This document shows, one piece after another, positions 58,796 to 64,000 of a DNA stretch of 64,000 nucleotides (position 1 is the first letter of the stretch; every line of letters begins with the position of its first letter). Under the pieces are notes generated by a model. That model was not told the origin of the DNA. It did not search any database and saw only the letters and a list, made by a program, of their open reading frames with translations. This DNA is from Neocallimastix sp. 'constans' (taxonomy: Eukaryota). The DNA is taken from assembly GCA_050613775.1 (NCBI GenBank), contig JBODTK010000112.1:434001-498000 (forward strand), read 5' to 3'. Position numbers and translations under genes: made by a program.

Positions 58796-60074
58796 TTAAC
58801 TCATTAATTGATTACGATAACTTGCATATCTTGATAAAGGTTTTTGTCCATTTTCTTCACCGTTGACTCTATTTTTGTATTTATCACGGAATCTCACTTT
58901 ACCTGGATCAGTATTATTTGGATCTGATGAAGAAGCTTGATCGTTGTTATCAGAATTATTTCCTTTAGTTTGGTTATCCTGTTTTTGTTGATACGAAACA
59001 TAGATTTGATTTGAAGTATCGATTGATTGTTTATCTTCCTTTTGTTCATTATTATTAATTTTATAATTTTGTTGATTATAATCGTAATAATTATAATCAT
59101 TTTGATAATTATAACCTTGTTGATATGAATAGTTATTTTGTTGGTAATTATCAAAAGCAGCTGTATCGTTTGTTGTTGTATTATATGGATATTTAGAAAC
59201 TTGTTGCTCAAACTGATTTGGATTAGTGTAAGTTCCTAAAGCTCTATTATAATCATTACTATATACATTAAAATTATTATTAATATTTGCTGTATTCCAT
59301 GAACTATTATCATTATTACTCTTGCGCTTATATAATATTATTCCACCAATTGCGAGAATCAAAACAACAAAAGCGCCACATCCGATACAAATCTTGGCTA
59401 CAATTATTTTAAAATTTATACAATAAAAAATAAAATTTAGTATTTTTGGATTTAAAATATAATGAGAATGTTATTTTTCATTTGTATTATAAAATATAAT
59501 TTATAAAAATTTTAATAATAAATATATTTTTTAATAATAGTTAACTATAATAGTATTATATATAAATTCATTTACCTGTTGTGCTTAAACCAGAACTGTC
59601 CTTTCCATTATCAGGACTTGGATTAGAAGTGGATGTAATTGTTGGGCCAGCAACAATAGTAGTTAAAGTGGTAGTAGCGGCAGAAATTGGGGCATTACTA
59701 GTTAAAATTTTAGTAGAAACTGGAAATGGTTGTTTAGATGTAGAAGCAACTGGTTTAGCTATAGTTTGTGAATTAGATTTCGTTTGTGAGTTTTCTTTTG
59801 AAGTTGTGGTAGTTGGTTTAGGAGCTGATGTTGATCTGGCAGTTGTGGTAACTTGAGAACTGGTAGTAGTTGTAGTTGTTCTTGATTTTGTTGTGGTTGT
59901 GGTTGTGGTTGTGGTTATAGTTGAAGATACTCTTGTTGAAGAAGTTGTAGAACTCTTACTATCTTTTTTATTATCTTCATCTTCTTCATCTTCTCTTTTA
60001 TAAATAGAACTTGAAAGAACTGTATTAATTAATAAAAAAAATAAAAAAAGGACTAATAATTTACGAGTATTCAT
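58796..60074 (-). CDS. Ser/Thr-rich type I membrane glycoprotein (Mid2-like cell-surface sensor architecture)
   Basis: Exon 1 60074-59576 has a signal peptide MNTRKLLVLFLFFLLINTVLS, then KR, an acidic patch and an S/T-rich stalk. The intron is GTAAAT..TAG. Exon 2 59397-58796 has TM helix ICIGCGAFVVLILAIGGIILY, stop-transfer KRK and a Y/N/Q-rich tail. An alternative upstream ATG lies at 60104. Confidence 0.85.
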
Positions 60075-63000
60075 CTTCCTAATATAAAATTCAATATAAT
60101 GCACATTTATTTTAAATTTTAACTTAATTATAAAGTATATATAAATTTAAATATATAAATATATTTATATTTAACAAATTGATATTAATACCTTTATTTG
60201 TTATATATTTAATGATAAACTATTATGAATTAATATACTTATTTTTAATTTATATATATATATATATTTTTTTTGCAAAAAAATACAAAATAAAAATGAA
60301 AATAGAAATAAAAAAAAAAAAAAAAAAAAAGGAAATTTTCAAAATGTTTTTTATTAATCCTTATTTAGTAATTAATTGATGATTCGTTTATTATTTATGT
60401 TAAAGTTACTTTTATTTTCTTCTTTTTTTTTTTTTTTATTTTGTATTTTGTATTTTGTTTTTATTTTCGTGTTGGTTATTTGAATATTCTTTATTTGACT
60501 GTTTTATTATTATTTATTATTCCTTTCTTAATTCAGAAACAATAAATTTATTTTATGTAATTTTATTTTTTTTTATTAATATTTTTTATTCTATTCTATT
60601 TTATTTATTTCAATTTTAATTTGCTCTTTGAATTATTGTATTATTTTTTTATTTATTACCTTCTATTTTTATTTTTTTATTTTTTTAATTATTAATTTTA
60701 TTTTTAATTTTAATTTTACTTTATTTTTATAATTTTTTAATTTTATTTTTCTATTTTTTCTTTTTTTTTTTTTTTATACTATTACTTTTTAATCAATTTT
60801 TAAATAATCGACATAATAAATAATAATATAACAAAAATAACAAAAAAAATAAGATATTAAACACTTTTAAAAATTTTATATATAATTATATTTTTTAATA
60901 AAAGTATTCAAAGAATATATATATATAATAAAATAAAATAAAATGAATGAATGAAATGAAAAAAAAGGGGGGAAAATAATATATATATATACAAATTTTA
61001 AAATTATATTTAAATTTATATTTTAAAAATAAAATTCAAAACATGAATTTATTTTTTTTTTTTTTTTTTTTTTTTACTCTTTTCTATACAATATATATGT
61101 CAATTAATTAATAATATATTATCATATACTATTTTATAAATTTGGTTTACATTTATTATGATATTAATTTTAATTTCAATTAGTTTATTATAATTTTTTT
61201 TTTTTTTAGTTTAAATATGTTTATTTTACTATAAATGAACTATTATATTCATATTTCATATATTACAATATACTTATAATATATATTAACTATATCAATT
61301 TGTGATATTTATAAACAATAAATAATTATTAATATTTATAAAACTATATTTTTCATATCTGTATTAAATTTATTATACATATACATAATGATAAAAATAT
61401 AACATCATATAATTATAATATCAATTATAATATTAATAATGGTAATAATATGGCACTTTATTGTGAAAAGGTTACTTTATATTTTCAATAATAATAATAA
61501 AATAATTATAATATACTAACGCTTTACCTATTATATATATAAAACAATATTTTAGCATAAAGTACCTAAAAAATTGTATCATTTATTTATAGTTAACCAT
61601 AAAAATACCCCATAAAACTTTTAATTTAAAAATACATATTAAAATTCAAATTACTTGTTTCTTTATCTATATCAATATATTTATAAATAACAGCATATTA
61701 CCCAAATTTAATATATTACAATATTATTTAACAATAAGATTAAATGAATTTTATGTTGGTATATTCACTAATAGATTTAGATATTATGATCATATAATCT
61801 AATAAAATAAAGTTTAAAAAAAAAATTAATTTTATTTTATCTAAAATAAATATATAAAAAAAAAATATTAATTATGAATGATATAACTGTAACAAAACAA
61901 ATGAAATAAATGCATTTTATTTTATTTTTTTTTTTTAAAGAAATATATATTTTTTTAATTAAAATTATATTTAAAAAGATTATTAATATAGTGAAGGAAT
62001 AATAATTAAAATATTTTTAAAAAAAATTGAAGTAAACTTTAATAAATATAAAAAAATATGTTCATGTTTTAAATTAGGTATTACAGAACTAAAAAAGTTT
62101 AATGAATAAATTAAAATTTATTGTAACACCTAAATAAATATATAAATTTGGTTATTTTAAATTTTAAATATTTTTATGTACTTCTGATTACACAATAATA
62201 TTTAAAAATTATTATTAAATTAAATTATTATTAAATTAAATTGAATTATTATTTAATTAAATTATTAATAAAATATTTTTTTTTAAAAAAAAAAAAAAAA
62301 AATAATGGTTAAAAAGTTATAAAAATAGTATGAGATAAGTACTTCCAAAAAGAAGAAAAAAAAGTATATAACTAGATTCTCATTTAAAATCTTTAAAAGT
62401 AACATGTTATTAAAAAACAATTGGTTTATTTAAATTTTAAACTTTGTAGCATATATAAAATATTAAAATATGAATGTTAACTTCTTTTAAGAAAAATTAA
62501 AGATAAATATTTATTAATTGAAGCAGAATAAATATTCATAAAAAATAATATTTACAAAAAAAAAAAAAAAATTTAAATATTGATTAAGTGATAATGATAA
62601 TTTATATTAAACATGATTGATGACTTAATTTATTAATTATAATTTCTATTTAGGCTATTAAAAGTTTTTACATATTCTAATAATAATTATTAATAGATAT
62701 TATTTATAAATTGTTAATTTTTAAAATTAATCATATTGTATTGTATTATTTAATTGAAATTTTTATAAAATTAATCAAAAAAAAAAAGTTTTACATAATA
62801 ATTATTCTTTTTTGAAACTTAGGTATTAATATATGAATATAAAAAAATAATTGTATGAATATATAGAATGTCCTTTTACTAATAATCTTAAAATATATGT
62901 ATATATATATATATATATTAAATAGAATAATTTAATCATTTTTATTGTTTAAGCAATAATAATTTTATTTATTTAGTTAGTTAGTTAGTTAGATATTAAT

Positions 63001-63583
63001 TAATTTATTTATTTATTTATTTATTTATTTATTCATTCATTCATTTATATGGTTATGAACTTCTTTATTAATGATTATCATACTTTTGTAAATTATATGA
63101 AATATTATATTATATCTATATTTTCCACAACTAACAATATATTACTTTTCTTATTTATTATTAACTTGCCATTATTATTAATACATTAAAAATATAATAA
63201 TATTTATTCATTTTTGAAATAAATTTATATTAATATATATATAATAAAAATAAGGTATCACAAATATTATTATTAAATATGACATAAAAGTATATATATA
63301 AAAAAGCCGTAAATACATTATATAATTTATTGGTTATTATAATATAAATGAGACGGTACACAAAATATATAGATATAATTAATGTTAAAAAATTTTATAA
63401 TTTTAATTTAAATTATTAAATTTTTATTATTAACAAATAATCATAATTAAGAAATAAATATAAACTATAATAATTATATTATTAATATAATTTATAATTA
63501 CATAGCAAATCCACAAATCACAAAAAATTTATATATATATTCATTTATTAATTAATTTAGTTAGATACAACTTTTAAATGTAT

Positions 63584-63654
<71 letters not shown>

Positions 63655-64000
63655 TTATTTACTGATAATTAAGTATGTACATATTAACCATTAAAAAAAA
63701 ATAATATAAATATTATTTTCCCTGTGTAATCCAAATAAATTGTTAATTATCCACATATAAACAATAATTAATTACTTAAAAAATTTATTTTAAATTTCAG
63801 TAGTTATTTCATTATAGATATTTTTAACAAGTCTTTTCTTAAATACTATAATAATATAAAAATTGAAATATATATTATAAAAAATTCGCCATTGCATTAT
63901 TAAGTTTAATATATTATAAATTTTATTTTAATTATATTTATATGCAATCTATGTTTTACTACTTATAATTTCATATTATAAATATATAAAAAATTGTATT

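Noticed and set aside
60400..64000. Possible gene or RNA in the final 3.6 kb
   Set aside because: Uniformly AT-rich with simple repeats such as (TTTA)n; no exon-like or structured segment could be supported.

Overview
Extremely AT-rich, intron-rich eukaryotic DNA with long poly-A/T and (AAT)n tracts. The gene content is fungal; composition and repeat style suggest an anaerobic gut fungus (Neocallimastigomycota), which is an inference. Seven protein-coding genes could be reconstructed by hand from GT..AG boundaries and frame continuity: (1) a ~1,560-aa Asn/Met-rich low-complexity protein; (2) an AcuM/Rds2-type Zn2Cys6-PAS transcription factor; (3) an intronless 1,442-aa ankyrin-repeat protein; (4) a HAD-family phosphatase; (5) exportin CRM1/XPO1 with 19 exons; (6) an 8-exon unknown protein with a 94-codon exonic poly-Asn tract and a Trp-periodic domain; (7) a Ser/Thr-rich single-pass membrane protein. 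The 22-38 kb region is a cluster of decayed elements (Ty3/gypsy, Ty1/copia, Mutator-like and probable LINE 3' fragments) around the ankyrin and HAD genes. The best leads are an isolated ~265-nt GC-enriched island at 15.0 kb with several base-paired stems (candidate ncRNA) and the Met/Asn-rich prion-like protein. No tRNA, rRNA or CRISPR array was seen. Most short ORFs in the track are antisense or microsatellite artefacts.
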